Source: Basidiobolus meristosporus CBS 931.73 (Eukaryota > Fungi > Basidiobolomycota). Taken from it: 64,000 bases of DNA. The DNA lies in assembly GCA_002104905.1 (NCBI GenBank), contig MCFE01000345.1, forward strand, positions 26,260-90,259. Direction: 5' to 3'. Below the pieces are notes generated by a model that saw nothing but the letters and a program-made list of their open reading frames with translations, had not been told where the DNA came from and did no database searches. Positions 1 to 13,420 of this stretch are shown here, one piece after another (within the stretch, counting starts at the first letter, position 1; every line of letters begins with the position of its first letter). The translations under genes and the position numbers were made by a program.

Positions 1-433
1 TATTAGTCTTGTAAAATAAGTAGCAAGTTGTCTGTCGACGAATTGCACCCACTGTGCTAACACTCTAGTTGATTCACTTCAGAGAAGGAAAATCCAGAGG
101 CAAGATTTCCGTTGACGAAGTTTATGTGGGTTGAAAGAAAGAACAGTTAAGTAGCTGGCTGTGCAGCAAAGTAAGTTGGGCCGCATTTATCCAAGCGGTG
201 TTATTTGTATAGCTGATATTTTTCTTGTTCCAGCTATGATCCCAGTTTAGAATGCAAAATCTGAGGAATCACCAAAACTGTTCATACGTTTGGAATGGAG
301 GAGTTAAAATTTCACTGCTTCTAAATTAGGAGGCAGAATTATTGTTTTTCCAGATTGATTGAATGGGATAATTAATGGGCGATGTCCTTCAAGGGAATTT
401 AACTATAAATCACGATTAAACTTTCCTAATGTT

Positions 434-3400
434 TCATTGACATTTTGCGGTGGTCCAATCCAATGCCGCTGGTAACCATAGGCTCCATAGCCAAAAGCAG
501 AAAGTATCATTTGTGACCTTATCCTTATTCATGCTATTACGATCGTAGCTCATTGGCCTCCCCAAAATACAAGTGATTCTAGAGCAGTTGGGCCGGATTC
601 GGAAGATTATGGGATCAAAAATAAACAATCGGATAATTAATGATGTGTTGCAGTTGTTAGGAGGCAAGGCAGCAATCGGTGATTGCCAGTACTGAGGATT
701 GTCCACGACCACAAAGGCCATTGGAGGCCAGCATTATCAACGAAGCCCATCTCTATCTCAAGATAAACGTTCTCTGATGAACTTGAACTATGGTATGGTA
801 CGGCTACGCTCGTTGGTTTGTCGACATGATGCCGATTTCCAATTAGTTTCAGTTGCACAATCTTCGGGATATGCCAAGATAATCTCAGCTCTTTGACATC
901 AATTATTGAGTGGAGCCTCGATAAGAATGCCAGATGTCGACTTGTTGCAACAAAGAGGATTGAAGCATACGCATATTTCCAGCTAACCCTGTATCAATCT
1001 TTATTGTGCAAAGGATAGGCGGTAGTGAACAGGCGACAATATTAAATACCCTTGCTCATGATGACCACTGCCAATGCCAAATTAATTTCTGTATATTACA
1101 GGTCCCACCATAGTCTGGAATAGGTTGGAATTGCCTCAAAATAATCTCACCTGGTAGCAGACTCCAAAACATTTAATCCTTTGGCTGTTTCTGGCATACC
1201 TGAGGGTAGGTGGTACGAATAGCCACCAGGCAACTTTTGGCATATACTTCACCGTACTTGTTCAGTAATCCAAAATCCATGGATTTAGTCAGCCACACAG
1301 CTTGATGGCCTTGCCCGCAATAACCACAGGCATATCACGGTGGTAACACCCCCATTATGATATGCAAGGGGTATGACCATTCCACATAACGGTGATGTTG
1401 ATCATTAGGATACAACGAATATATTCCCATCAGAGCCCATCAGTTGACCATTGTTTTCAGGTAGGTGTTCTGATGTAATGCCCTTGCACCACTCCGTCTT
1501 GTTTAAACAGCTGACTACCCCAGCCTCGACCTTTGTTCGTGGTCAACATTGAAAACATTGATGCAAAATGATAAGTCTCATCACCTCTCCTGCAAATACC
1601 CTGTGTCCCTAACCACCTCAACTTACGCAAATGCATCAATGGTAATTAATGTACAGATGCTTCCTAAATCCGTATTTGCTCGCAAGCTATTGGCTCTGAG
1701 GCAGCAGCATGTCTCATACTCTTTCGATGCTTGAGCTTGAGCCTGAGCCCAAGTATATTCGGCAATTCGTTAGTCAATACTTGACTTTCCCAGTATTTGC
1801 ATCTCTTCCGCTGGTAGTTTGTTAATCTTTCCCTGTGGGTTTGTAGAACATAGGTTTAATGTAACTGTGGTACTTTGATGCAACCCAAGGCCATTCAATT
1901 ATCTTCTTTTAAGACTAGAACCAATACATATCCACATGGTTCTTCTTAAATACGCTTCACAACGGACTAATCTTGCATAAATTGTTTACTTGGAATAGGT
2001 CGAAATCAGCATTTTCGGATCACAGCCTATACTTTTTCGGAACGCTGATTGCCGGCTTTTAATAGCGACAGATGCGAATATATTGATCATTTGGCGGCAG
2101 GAATTGAGCACTCTGGACCAGATCAATACACCATGGATTACTCACTCTTCGTTTCTTGAAGATTGCTGAACACATTCAATCCGAACGACCCCAAGCCGTC
2201 TTGGTGGTTTGTTGCATCGGCCGTGAGTAATGTAAAATATTAGCCAAGCTGGTTGTGCATCTGTAGCTTGATGGAAACCGGTGGTATTGTTTAGCAGGAT
2301 CCGTATTCTACCAATTGAGGCAAGGCAATTCGCATTGACTCTTAGGGCCCAAAGCCATGAGAGGATCGTTCAGACTTTGTAACCTAGATTGAACGGAAGA
2401 TTGTTACATATTATATCAAATACACCAAGTCAATGTCGTATGTGATCAGTATCCCAGTTGTGAGCCAACACGATTAAACATATGCACCACCTATTTTTCA
2501 GGTAGTTTCGGATTAGTTGATACAGAAAAAGTATAAAGTGCTGAGACGCATTTGTCTAACAATCCAAGACTATTTCTCTGAATATTCAACATACATGAGA
2601 GTCCGCATGACCCAGATACCCAAGGTGTTTGGATTGTATCCATTTCTTAATGAGGGATTCATCCTCATGCTGTGGGATTTTCGCTGAGCAGCCGCAAAGC
2701 CCGAGAAAAATATGGGGAAGAGGGTATGCCAATCAAATTCCTTGATGACAATGAATTTATGATGCATTTCATACATACGCTGTATTGTTGGCCTATTAGA
2801 TGCTAATCAGCGTTACAACGAAGTATCCTTGTTGTGCTGCATTTGGGTTTGTTCAACGCAAATCAGGCCCACACCCGCACACCCGACACGAAAGCATCTC
2901 GTGTATCATAAATGCCACTTTACTCCTTGTTTCGAATACCGGAAATAACGGTGATGATGTTTCATACTTCTTGTTCATCGAATACTCAAAATGGCTCTGT
3001 CAGAATAAAATATTTGATTTGGTAAACAGTCTGATGCCTTGTGTGAAGGCCATTGTCAGGAGACCAACCGAAAGACCACGCGGGCAGACTCAAGATGAAA
3101 CTCATAGCTCCATGGGTGACGTCATATGTCAGATATATCCAAAAGTCTAATATACAAAGGAGCCAAGATTTTGGTATCTCATTGTAGCATCTCAAGTCGA
3201 TCAACAGATGAGGAAGCTTTGCTACTGATATTGCGGCAATCTCAATAAGGCCTAACGGGGTTTCCGGAAGTGGAAAGTAAACAAAGAATACTCTATACAA
3301 CCTTTCTGCAGTAGGTTTTGTTGTGAGCTGACTATTGTGAGACATCTGCTACAAAAATTCGGTGATCCAGTGACCCATCTCCTAGGTAACAATGGGAAAT

Positions 3401-3476
3401 CCTGGAGTTGGCTGCTGGAGGTAAAATGTCGAGTGCCCCTTGAATAGTAATAGCTGTCTCTCTCAATCGAGTGCAT
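434..3476 (-). other. Unidentified possible coding or pseudogene region; strand uncertain
   Basis: CpG content looks normal, unlike the island. There are several 70-120 codon open frames and plausible GT-AG introns, but I could not splice them into a recognisable protein on either strand. Confidence 0.2.
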
Positions 3477-4061
3477 GGCCTTTAATTACAATGTGCATCT
3501 CATCACTAGGTGATGCATGCGTGAATGCATTAATATGGTAGTTGTATTACCTGGATTTCCAATTCTTGCTTTTAGAGTGGCTTGATATGTTGTCCTTTTA
3601 TTCCTTTTGAGTATAGACAGGTGCGATAAGCCGAGTCAGTGCTAATGGAGAGATCCAGTATGAAAGAGTCTTGACCATTTTGGCTCCTACTTTATAGTGT
3701 TGTGTGACATTCACTACGAGCGTCGGGGAATTCATGGTATCTTACGCCTTAAATGTTACACACTCCCAAGGTTACAGCTTGTATATGGGATACATTTAAG
3801 TGGGCATAGGAGAGTACGACGGGTAGATTATATGACCATGTAATCTGTAGCCTCACGCCATTGATATTGAATATGCCCTAGTCAGTTCTTCTCTATTTGG
3901 GAGCACTTCCAAGAGGTTGCTTTATTGTGAAATACATTGCATGCCAAAATCTTTGATGACCTATTTGGTAAATCCCAATTGAATTCTTCGTTCCGAAAAT
4001 AGTTTGAGCATAGGTATAGTTCTTTAGGACCCATAGATCAGACCAAACGCTCTGCTGGATA

Positions 4062-5867
4062 TTACATGATTTTTTGTGCTAATAGCAGCCCACCTACTAG
4101 CAGAGAGGTTCCTAGAAAGTCCCCTATTGAGGTGCTATCTAGAATCAGTAAGCTGGAAAACAGCAATATTAAACAGCATTCAGCTTACATCATGGGCATA
4201 ACGTAATTATCAGGATTCCGCTCACGCAGCCATAGCACCCAAGTGATCCAACGGGCAAATACTAAAATGATCGCCACCTGGAAAAAGTATTTGGGGTAAG
4301 TTTTGAATCTTCGTGGGTAAACAATGAGATGGACATTCTTACCAGCACACATGAGGCTACTGTGTAAATACCAAAGACCCAGAGAGAAATGACCTCATGA
4401 TCAAAGCCAGTAGACTTAAGGAAAACCAGGAATAGCCACTGCAGCATCAGATTAACCGTGAACAAAGAACTGAAGATTTGCCCATGCGGCTCCCTCATGG
4501 CGGCATGGAGTGCAGTAGAGTATCTTGAAGCACATATCGTCCCAATATTTCCGGATATACCTATCAATAGCTTGTCTAATAAAGATGTATACAGCAGCAT
4601 CAAGTTGGATGTTTACCGTTCAAGACTGGGCCCAAAATTGCGAGTCCATTCAAGTGAGCTACAAAATATTCAAGGATTACACCTGCAAAGCTAGTCAAAT
4701 AAAACCGTCAGGGTATTGAAACCTCGAAGATTTCCTTGATCAAGTCTGTTACCTTGCAATGAACATTGCCAGGAGTATCGAGGACCACCCCTCATACAAT
4801 AGATGGCAAACAAAAGGGTTTCGGTACACCACGAATATCCATAGTGGTAGAGATATCAATGCAGCCAGTAGAACCACGATGCAGGCAGGAGAATCTAGAA
4901 ATCTCGGTTATGATTTTGTCACCGTAAAATGGCGGAAGGAAGGCCTTACATAGGTTGCGTATAAATAGTTGGCTAAAACCAACCAATAATGCCAAAGTTA
5001 TCACGTCTCCCAAACCCGCCGCTAACGGGGTAGCAATATTATCAGGATTGATATGAAGCTTTCTGCTCAGCAAAATAATCACGCACATCAGGATTCCCAG
5101 GATGAGGGAGCTGAGAGAAGCACAGACAACACTGCTCGCAAGGACCAGTATCAACTCGAAGAAATCGTTTGCCGATGTTTCTACAATGAATCCGAGCAAT
5201 ATCGAGACAGCCCCAGCCACGAACCCAATACTAATAGCTTGCATTTGAAGCACCGCCAAATTCCCCAATAAGATATCCCGCCTATTCCTCGGAACATCCA
5301 AGTCACCTAGATTGGCCTAGATGGGGGATTAGAATGCGCTCAATGGATGGCGTGCGTAGTTGCATACTGAAGTGGATAGTCGCGTTGCCAAATTCATCTC
5401 CAAATTCCCCTTTAGATTTAGCAGTATTGGAACCAGAATAAACAATTTACTGATCCTCATGAAGGATTCCTGTGACTTCGCAAGCGGTATAAGGGCTTGG
5501 GTAAGCTTGATGGAAATCTAGGATCACTACTTACCTTGGCCATGTCAAGTAGCCATCCTGCGCACATACAACCAATCATCCCTAACAACAAGGAAGGAAA
5601 AATCTATTCAATTTTAATATCACAAAGGCAGTAATTCAAGCTTCAATGATGGTGTGTAACCTGTACTATCAGCCCCATATTCATCGGACCTGAGGGCTCC
5701 GGCTTATCAGGCATAAAGTTAGGCGAGGTGGGCATTAAATAAGCATCGAAGTCGGCTTTAATGATTGAATCCCTGAGAGCGAGGTTCTTCGGCCTATTAG
5801 GATTATCTTGGGAAGTGAACTCTGGATCTTTCGAACCCAATGAATCTTGGGCTTGTTGTGACTCCAT
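4062..5867 (-). CDS. SLC41: SLC41/MgtE-family divalent cation (Mg2+) transporter, multi-exon
   Basis: Spliced minus-strand exons give family motifs LFILVPILLNLKGNLEMNLATRLSTS, INPDNIATPLAAGLGDVITL, PVLNGISGNIGTICASRYSTALH and NPDNYVMPMITSIGDFLGTSLL. Short GT-AG introns separate them. Stop TAA is at 4062-4064; the likely start is ATG 5867. The first-exon junctions are approximate. Confidence 0.88.
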
Positions 5868-6428
5868 GATATCTTTCAGTGGAGTGCTCTTTGAAGGTGG
5901 GTAGCGAGAAAATCAAGATAAGTTCTGTCATGACACTGTATGCCTCTTTTTGTGTACTCAGTGGCTCCAGGGGCGCTTGGCTTAGCTACTTGAAATAGCG
6001 ATCCCATGGATGTTTTATAAGCCAAACTGGTGCTAAGCCGATACAAGAGTGCCATTCAATCGAAGTTTGATCTATATTTCAAACAAGACAAGTACTCTAT
6101 ACATACATACGTTCCTGGTATCAACACATAGACGTTGGTTCTAGCCATATGTGAGATACCACATGATACATAGGTTGCTCTTCAAGGCCCAAGTCGGAAT
6201 ATACCATTTCGTTCGCAACCTACAATCATACAAATAGTGTCAAGATGCTGACTAACGTTAGACTTCATATTTTATTATGGAATCCACATGTACGGTGGAA
6301 AGTTGTTAATGAAACAAATGTCAATGCACTCCTTCGCATGTGTCCTATCATACAGCTTTATGAATCCTATCTCCGAAACAAAACTGGACTAGTAATTATC
6401 ACATCTTTATTCCGGTTAAAGAGATCTC

Positions 6429-7076
6429 TTAAGCGGAAACTCTGTTGAAGTAGTTCTCGAGGGGACCGTGCTCGGTGATGTACTTAACATAGCAGCCGTC
6501 AGGTTGGAGACGGCCAGCTTGGCGCTCGACGATGTATTCTTCGCGAGTGAGCTTGGTGAAGCCCCACTTCTTGGAGAGAATGATCTTTTGTTGGCCAGGG
6601 AACTTGTACTTGGCACGACGAAGGGCCTCAATGACAACAGCCTTGTTGGAGTCCTTGGTACGGATGGAGAAGATGATTTGACCGATGTTGACACGAGCAA
6701 CGGTACCTTGGGGCTTACCGAAAGCACCACGCATACCAGTTTGGAGTCTATCGGCACCAGCGCAAGACAACATCTTGTTGATACGGACGACGTGATAGGG
6801 GTGAACACGAACACGCAAGTGGAAGGAATCCTTACCAGCCATCTTGGTGATATACTTGTTGCAACTAATACGAGCAGCTTCCAAAGCTTCGCTAGAAAGT
6901 TGTTCGTATTCGTTGGAAATCAAATGAACGCAGAGAGGGAACTCATCGACGCTAGCCTTCTTACGACCCAAATCGAAGATTCTGATCTTGGGGTCGGGGA
7001 CACCACGACAGAAACGGGACTTGGGATAGGGCTTGTTTTTGCAATAACGATAACAACGAGCTGGACGACGACCCAT
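6429..7076 (-). CDS. RPL10: 60S ribosomal protein L10 (uL16), intronless
   Basis: Intact 215-aa [40 protein letters not shown]...[22 protein letters not shown], the canonical RPL10 sequence. Confidence 0.98.
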   Translation of the reverse strand: MGRRPARCYRYCKNKPYPKSRFCRGVPDPKIRIFDLGRKKASVDEFPLCVHLISNEYEQLSSEALEAARISCNKYITKMAGKDSFHLRVRVHPYHVVRINKMLSCAGADRLQTGMRGAFGKPQGTVARVNIGQIIFSIRTKDSNKAVVIEALRRAKYKFPGQQKIILSKKWGFTKLTREEYIVERQAGRLQPDGCYVKYITEHGPLENYFNRVSA

Positions 7077-7904
7077 TTTTTTGAACTTCCTTTGGGAATG
7101 AGAAAATGTTGCGATTAGAAATTTGATTCGGATGGATGCCCGGTTTATATAAAAGATTCTCTCGCTGCGAGACTAACCTTAAAATCGATGGATAAAGGAG
7201 AAAGATCCATGCCACCGCAGCTTGCCATTTTGATGGGGAATCGAAATCATGTGACCGACTCGGCTTCCATATTGCCAATGGAAGGTTGGATTCATAATGC
7301 GATTAGTGAAGCTTACTAATCCATCTATTAATGTAAATTATATCGATTAAGCAGAGTGCCTAGGGGGTGACGTATGGTCGTGTGCAATCTAATAGGAAAA
7401 ATATTGCGCAATTTGAAGAATAATTATCAAAGTCTGATCGCATGATCATAAAATGGCCCATTTAGATATCCGAAGGATTCCTCATAAAGCCGACCGTTTC
7501 GGCCTCATCCGGATCGCTCGGCAGCCGAGGGATTTTACGAGGTTTCCGTGCTGGGCTGGTCGGAAATTCCGAAATACATGTGAAGTTATAAGACAACCTA
7601 AATGTTACACATCTGCCAAGTCGACACGTGATATCCAATGCTATGCGTAGGGAAAATTACTGGTTTCGCCAGAAAGGTATTTATGGGTCGGGGTGTGAAC
7701 ACTCCTAGCCAAAGAAATTCAAGTGACCAGCAATAAATAAATAAATGATCTTCTAAGAAAGGGGTAGGAGGTAGGGAAATCGTACTGTCAGTGGAATGCG
7801 ATTGGGCTGCAGGTTGGTGCTATATTTTGCTACAGTTCGTATAAAGGAGAGAGGGCGGTAGGAAGCAACCAGATATCTCTTGATTTTGTCGATTCTCTGT
7901 CTTG
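7077..7904. promoter_or_regulatory. Intergenic region between head-to-head RPL10 and ELO; probable divergent promoter
   Basis: About 830 bp between two start codons on opposite strands, CpG-rich. No specific factor site was identified. Confidence 0.5.
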
Positions 7905-8877
7905 ATGTGGAGCCCCGAACAGCCATTCCTCATCCCTTTAGAGCCATATTTGAACAAGGCATATCAATATGTGGTTGGCGAATCATATACATCGTTCAAG
8001 TTTGTAGAAGGAGTGACTCCACTTTCAACGGTTCCAGAGGTCGCCGGCACGTGTATTCTTTACCTGGTGGTCATCTTCGGTGGACAGTATCTTATGAAAA
8101 ATAGAAAGCCCTTCCAGTTGGAGTTCCTCTTCAAGCTGCACAATTTGTTCCTGACTACCCTATCTGCTGCACTGCTGCTACTCATTGCCGAGAACATCAT
8201 TCCGATTGTTTGGAATGAGGGCGTGTATGGTTCCGTTTGTAACCAGAGCTCCTGGACGCAACGCTTGGAATTGCTATATTATCTTAATTACTTGACAAAA
8301 TACTATGAACTCATTGACACCATATTCTTGGTGCTGAAGAAGAAGAATCTAGGTATTTCGGGCTTGGATTGCACTCTACTGTGCCTCTACTAACCGATTT
8401 GAACATTCCAGAATTCCTGCATTACTACCACCATAGTTTGACCATGGTGCTTTGTTACACACAGCTCGTAGGTAGCACTGCAGTGGTAAGGGTTTTGATC
8501 AAATTCTCCCCATTGAAAGGATATCCACTAACATCGCGCAACAGTCTTGGGTACCAATCACTTTGAATCTCTGCGTTCATGTGTTCATGTATTATTATTA
8601 TTTCCGTGCTACAGCTGGTGTTCGTATCTGGTGGAAGAAGTATCTGACTACCATGCAGATTACCCAGTTCATTCTCGATCTTGGCTTCGTGTACTTCTGC
8701 ACCTACAACTACTTCGCTTTTAATTTCTTCCCCGTCGTTCCTCATGTCGGGGACTGTTCCGGAACAGTTGGTGCTGCCCTCTTTGGCTGCGCGCTACTCT
8801 CGTCTTATTTGGTCTTGTTCATCAACTTCTTTAGAAAGACTTACAAGAAGCCGAAGTCCAAGTCTAAGCAGAACTGA
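7905..8877 (+). CDS. ELO: GNS1/SUR4 (ELO) family fatty-acid elongase, 3 exons: 7905-8352, 8412-8485, 8545-8877
   Basis: Motifs YLNYLTKYYELIDTIFLVLKKK, EFLHYYHH (HxxHH box), NLCVHVFMYYYYF and WWKKYLTTMQITQF, with a lysine-rich C-terminus. Introns 8353-8411 and 8486-8544 are GT-AG and keep the frame. Confidence 0.96.
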
Positions 8878-9382
8878 GGCGGACCACGTGAAATTCCGAA
8901 TTTCCCTGATTTCTAAATTATTCCAGTTCGTTTTATTGCTGTAGAATTTAGTTGAACCTTATCTTCGGTTGTACTATAAGTTGCATACTCTAATGGGTAT
9001 TATTGGGCCAAATAAAGTAGTACTGACCAGTCCTGGAGCGGTACTCTACTCTCTGTCTACAACAGTTTGCATCTACTCTATGCTGACATTCTCCCGCTAT
9101 TGATTCATATTTATGCAAGACTGCCTAATAACAATAGTGACTATCGATCTGAATGAAGATCTTCAAAACCTTACCTTCCTCGCAACAGCTCATCCAATTG
9201 GGGAGGGGTTCTCCCAATTGAATACTGATCAATATCAATTGGTTTTGAATCTGAAAATTGCTTATACACTGGTTTGGCAAAGTACTCCTGATAGTATGTA
9301 GATTACATAGTTGCCAAATGGGTAGCGCTGTCAATACATTCTATACCTACAACAATGGTAAATATAGGCCTTGCTTCATATT

Positions 9383-9653
9383 CCCTAGGAAAAAAAATGA
9401 GACAAGGCCAGCTGCATACTGTCATAATATCATCTGAATTCCAAGTTTCTCATAACCAACAACTCTCAATATCTCAGGTGCTAGCTGTTGGGCAGACAAG
9501 CAGACATATTTTCCAGCAGAAGACTAGGCTATTTGGTGCTCATACCAAATTTGGTAATCAGCTGCTTGCTACTTCCACCAAAATTTGTTGCTGAAAATTT
9601 GGAGGAAAAGCATCAGATGAATACCAGCAGAATATTTGAGTTTTTTCATATGG
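9383..9653 (-). mobile_element. MITE-like non-autonomous element with CACTA-family-like ends, degenerate copy
   Basis: Homologous in reverse orientation to 62236-62556. Ends are CCCTAGGAAAAA and TTTTTTCATATGG, flanked by ATT/ATT. Confidence 0.65.
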
Positions 9654-10125
9654 ATTACTCTTGAATACACCAGAAGCATTATTGAGTAAAATCTGACTCT
9701 TTGGTTACCACCACACTGTAACTCAAGGTATCCTATGTAAATCTTAAGCTTTGAACTTATCTGATATTCTGCCAAAATTCTAATGTTCTTTTGCTAGTAT
9801 ACTAGTAGTATTTGCAGGTACTATAACAGTATCTTGCTGTCATTCAGCTGGTGTTTTCCCTTCTAAACTGTTAGTTGAAATTCTTTAGAATTGACTGCCC
9901 CATAAAGCATTTTTTAATGATCTACTAAGTGATATAAATTAAGATTAACTTACTGACCTAGACCATAGCTAATGAATTGTTTTGCATCTAGTCCAGTTTT
10001 GTAGTTAAACTTTTGCTGAAGTATTTTAATTAGAAATCAGGTGCCCAGAATACCATAACTTAAATAGTTAGGCAAAGATCCCCAAAGGTTACAATTATTC
10101 TGTTGAGAGCTTTTCAGGCACATAT

Positions 10126-10456
10126 TGTTGTAGGAGACTTGGAGATATTGGAAGTGATTGGGAGAACATATTGATTATGAGGTATTCACTTAATGATTTA
10201 ATGAATGTGAAAGTAGTATTTATACTTTTACATAGTCTTGGCATAGTACGCACTTAGAATAGGTTTAGAAAGGTCTCAAGAGCATGTGTGCAGAGTTTGG
10301 GGCTGTTTGAACAACTTTGAGAATTTTTATTTTCTGGGTAATATTCCACGTAAATCCCAACAAGGAATTTGGTTAGTATTCTCTAGGATTTGAAGGTAAT
10401 GATCTAAGTGACCAAGTTAGGTGAATATTTAGGTGGAATTGCAAATCTTTACAACA
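10126..10456 (-). mobile_element. Solo LTR, Copia family 1
   Basis: TGTTG...CAACA ends, homologous to LTR 13068-13416, perfect 5-bp TSD CATAT. Confidence 0.9.
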
Positions 10457-10779
10457 CATATGACATATCAGTCTTGTCTATACCCTACCGGAGTAGAAAT
10501 GCTGCCTCCACCATGTTTGTGTGAACTCAACATCAAAAGCCTTCTGAGAAACAACAATAATGCTTGCATCAAATAACCATGATAAAGTTGAATTCCTGCA
10601 ATTGCAAGGTGCAATCACTGTCAGGACACCATTTAGCATGACAGTATCCAAGTCATATATTAACAGTTGCATTACAGATGCCAATTTGCACTATGTGTGT
10701 AGTAAGTCACATCCAAGAATAACATTAGCAAGTATCAGTAACAATATTCAAAGATCTGCTTGCAGACATTGATGGAAGC

Positions 10780-11126
10780 TGTTGTAAGAGTTATGAAACT
10801 ATAAGAAGTGACCAGGAGAACATATAGATTATGTGGCATTCACTCAATGACTTGTTGAACATAAAAGTTGTATTTATACTTTGATATGGCCTTAGCAGAG
10901 AAACCAGTAAAATACATAAAGAAAGGTTCCAAGAGCACATTTGCAAAGTGCAGGGTAGTTTGGATAACTTTGAGAAATTTCATGCTCTGAGTTCAGAGTG
11001 TTTTGGTGTGAATATTCTAAGTGAGTCCTAGCAAGGAATTCCATCAGAATTCTTGAAGATTTGTTAGTAATAACTTAGGTGTCTCAGTTGGATGAGTATT
11101 TAGGTGTAATTGCAAATCTTACAGCA
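10780..11126 (-). mobile_element. Solo LTR, Copia family 1 (more diverged)
   Basis: TGTTG...CAGCA ends, homologous to the family LTR, TSD GAAGC/GAAAC. Confidence 0.85.
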
Positions 11127-11194
11127 GAAACATGCCACCTCTCAACTAGTACATCATATAAATGACCATTAAATAGATACACTGGGCTTGCTTA

Positions 11195-12019
11195 CCCTAT
11201 GAAAATAATTTGGTCCTGTAGGTAGATCCAATCCAGATCAGCCTTTAGGATCCCTCAATGTGGCCATTATAATGCCAGAAGCTTGGGATTATTGACCCTC
11301 TACACAATCTCATGATGGGATTGTAATGGCACTTTGCTGAATTTACGGCCAATTAAAGTTAAAAACTTGATGGTGCTTGAGCAGTCATTTGACAAGAATT
11401 ACATGGCATTCTGATGGACTTAATGTGCTCTACATTTATGTGAGCAGACCTAACCAGCCAATATATCCAATTGCCTTATATGGCAAAAACCTGATGGTGT
11501 TCTGATGGCTTCATTGCAGACCTCTGCTGGCATTACAATTGCAGTATATTGGCCTACAGCAAGTACCTTATAATGCTACTGTATCAATTTACTATAAGGT
11601 ATATCCTTTTTCTACCTCCCCTTATGTCATTCATATATTCTATTATAGAATCATCCCTTTGAATTGCTTACCCACTACTACCTTGGGTATTCTACCCATA
11701 GTTTGATACAAAAAACTATGACCTCCTGCTTACCAACCTCTATATATGTGCACACACACTTCAATTGACATACTTTTGTCAACTCAACTTTATGGCTTTT
11801 CAGTGTGATACTTGCAAAGTTGCCATATACATTGTATTACTGGTAATACATACATCTTGCAAACACATGCTTGGTTGCCGCCACTTTTGTCACAAATAAC
11901 TCCTGTTTATCCACAAAGTGCTTTTTGGCACTGAGCCAATAAATTCCTTCTCCTTGCTGGATTCTGGTCCCCCTCATTTGTGTGCTCAAGTCTTATTTAT
12001 GTGAGTTCTGTATTGAATG
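11195..12019 (-). mobile_element. CACTA/En-Spm family fragment: left terminus plus transposase 3' end
   Basis: Starts CCCTATGAAAATAATTTGGTCC and is colinear with 53920-54740. It is cut by the next copy starting at 12020. Confidence 0.8.
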
Positions 12020-12519
12020 CCCTATGAAAAATAATTTGGTCCCACAGGTGGATCCAATCCAGATCAGTCATCAGGATCCTGCAACAAGGACATCATAATG
12101 CTGGCAACTTGGAATTAATGTCCCTCTACACAGTATTATGATGGGATTATAATGGCATTTTGCAGATTTTACTACCAATTAAACTTAAAAGCTTGACAGT
12201 GTTTAAGCAGTCTTTTGACAAGAGTTGCATGGCATTGTAATGTTCTGGATGTGCTCTACATCTATACAAGCAGATCCAACCAGCCAACATATGTAATTGC
12301 CTTATGAGGCAAGAAACTTGATGGTGTGCTAATGGACTAATTACAAGCCTCCAATGGCATTGCAACAGCAGTATGGCAGTTCTGTATAATGCTACCATAC
12401 TAGTTTACCAAATGGTATTCCCATCTTCTACCTCCCCTTGTGCCATTCATATTGCAACCATGGAATCATCCCTCATTAATTGCTTACCCACAACTACCTT
12501 AGGTATTCCACATAGTACT

Positions 12520-12989
12520 TCTACTCAACTAAATGTTCATACTGGCTGGTCCTAATTTTGACCTAAGATACTCAAAACTGTCTCTAGCTAATGGATTGGT
12601 AAATATGTCAGCAATCATTTCATCTGTAAGACAGTAAACCGGCTAGCCAAGTTGTTTTCTATGGCTTCACATATGAAATATGTTGTAAAAATTTGTAATT
12701 CCACCTATGTATTCACCTAACTTAGTCACTTAGTTCCTTTCCTTCAAATCCTAGAAAATATTGACCAAATTCTTTGTTGGGACTTGCTTGGAATATTTTC
12801 ACCAAACACCAGGCACCCAGAACATGATAATTCTCAGAGTTGTCCAAACAGCCCCAAACTTTGCACACATTTTATTAGGACCTTCCTTAACCTATTCTAT
12901 ATGTTTGTTATACCAAGACCATGTAAAATTATGAATACTACTTTTACATTCAATATATCATCAAGCAAAAGCCACAAACTTTTACAACA
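12520..12989. mobile_element. Rearranged Copia family 1 fragment
   Basis: Minus-strand RNase H end plus PPT (12520-12688), then a plus-oriented LTR from ~12689, then a short minus-oriented LTR start ending at 12989. It replaces about 100 bp of CACTA sequence. Confidence 0.65.
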
Positions 12990-13420
12990 ATTTTAGTCTG
13001 ATACTTGCAAAGTTGTCATATACCTTGTATTGCTGGTAGCATATACATCCTGCAAACATATGCTTGGTGTTGTAAAAACTTGTATTTCCACCTAAATATT
13101 CACCTAACTTAGTCACTTAGATCATTATCTTCATATCCTAGAGAATACTGACCAAATTCCTTGTTGAGATTTACTTGGAATATTTTCACCAAAATACCAG
13201 GTACCCAGAACATGAAAATTCTCAAAGTTGTCCAAACAGCCCCAAACGTTGCACACATGTTCTTGGGACTTTCCTTAACATATTCTACATGTTTGTAATG
13301 CCAAGAACATGTAAAAGTATAAATACTACTTTTACATTCAACAAACAATTAAGTGAAAATCACATAATCTACTTGTCCTCCCAATCACTTCCAATATCTC
13401 CAAGACTCTTACAACAGACT

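Noticed and set aside
6468-7118. 216-aa plus-strand ORF, and the 132-aa ORF at 6416-6814
   Set aside because: Antisense or alternative-frame shadows of RPL10, typical of strongly codon-biased genes.
10460-10779. Possible transposase remnant containing CCLHH
   Set aside because: Too short and degraded to assign to any family.
13175-13420. Long stop-free frame through the Copia LTR, in frame with gag (also 25993-26271)
   Set aside because: All copies are one ancestral observation. The upstream ATG lies 5' of the TATAAATA box, so it is unlikely to be transcribed. Probably incidental.
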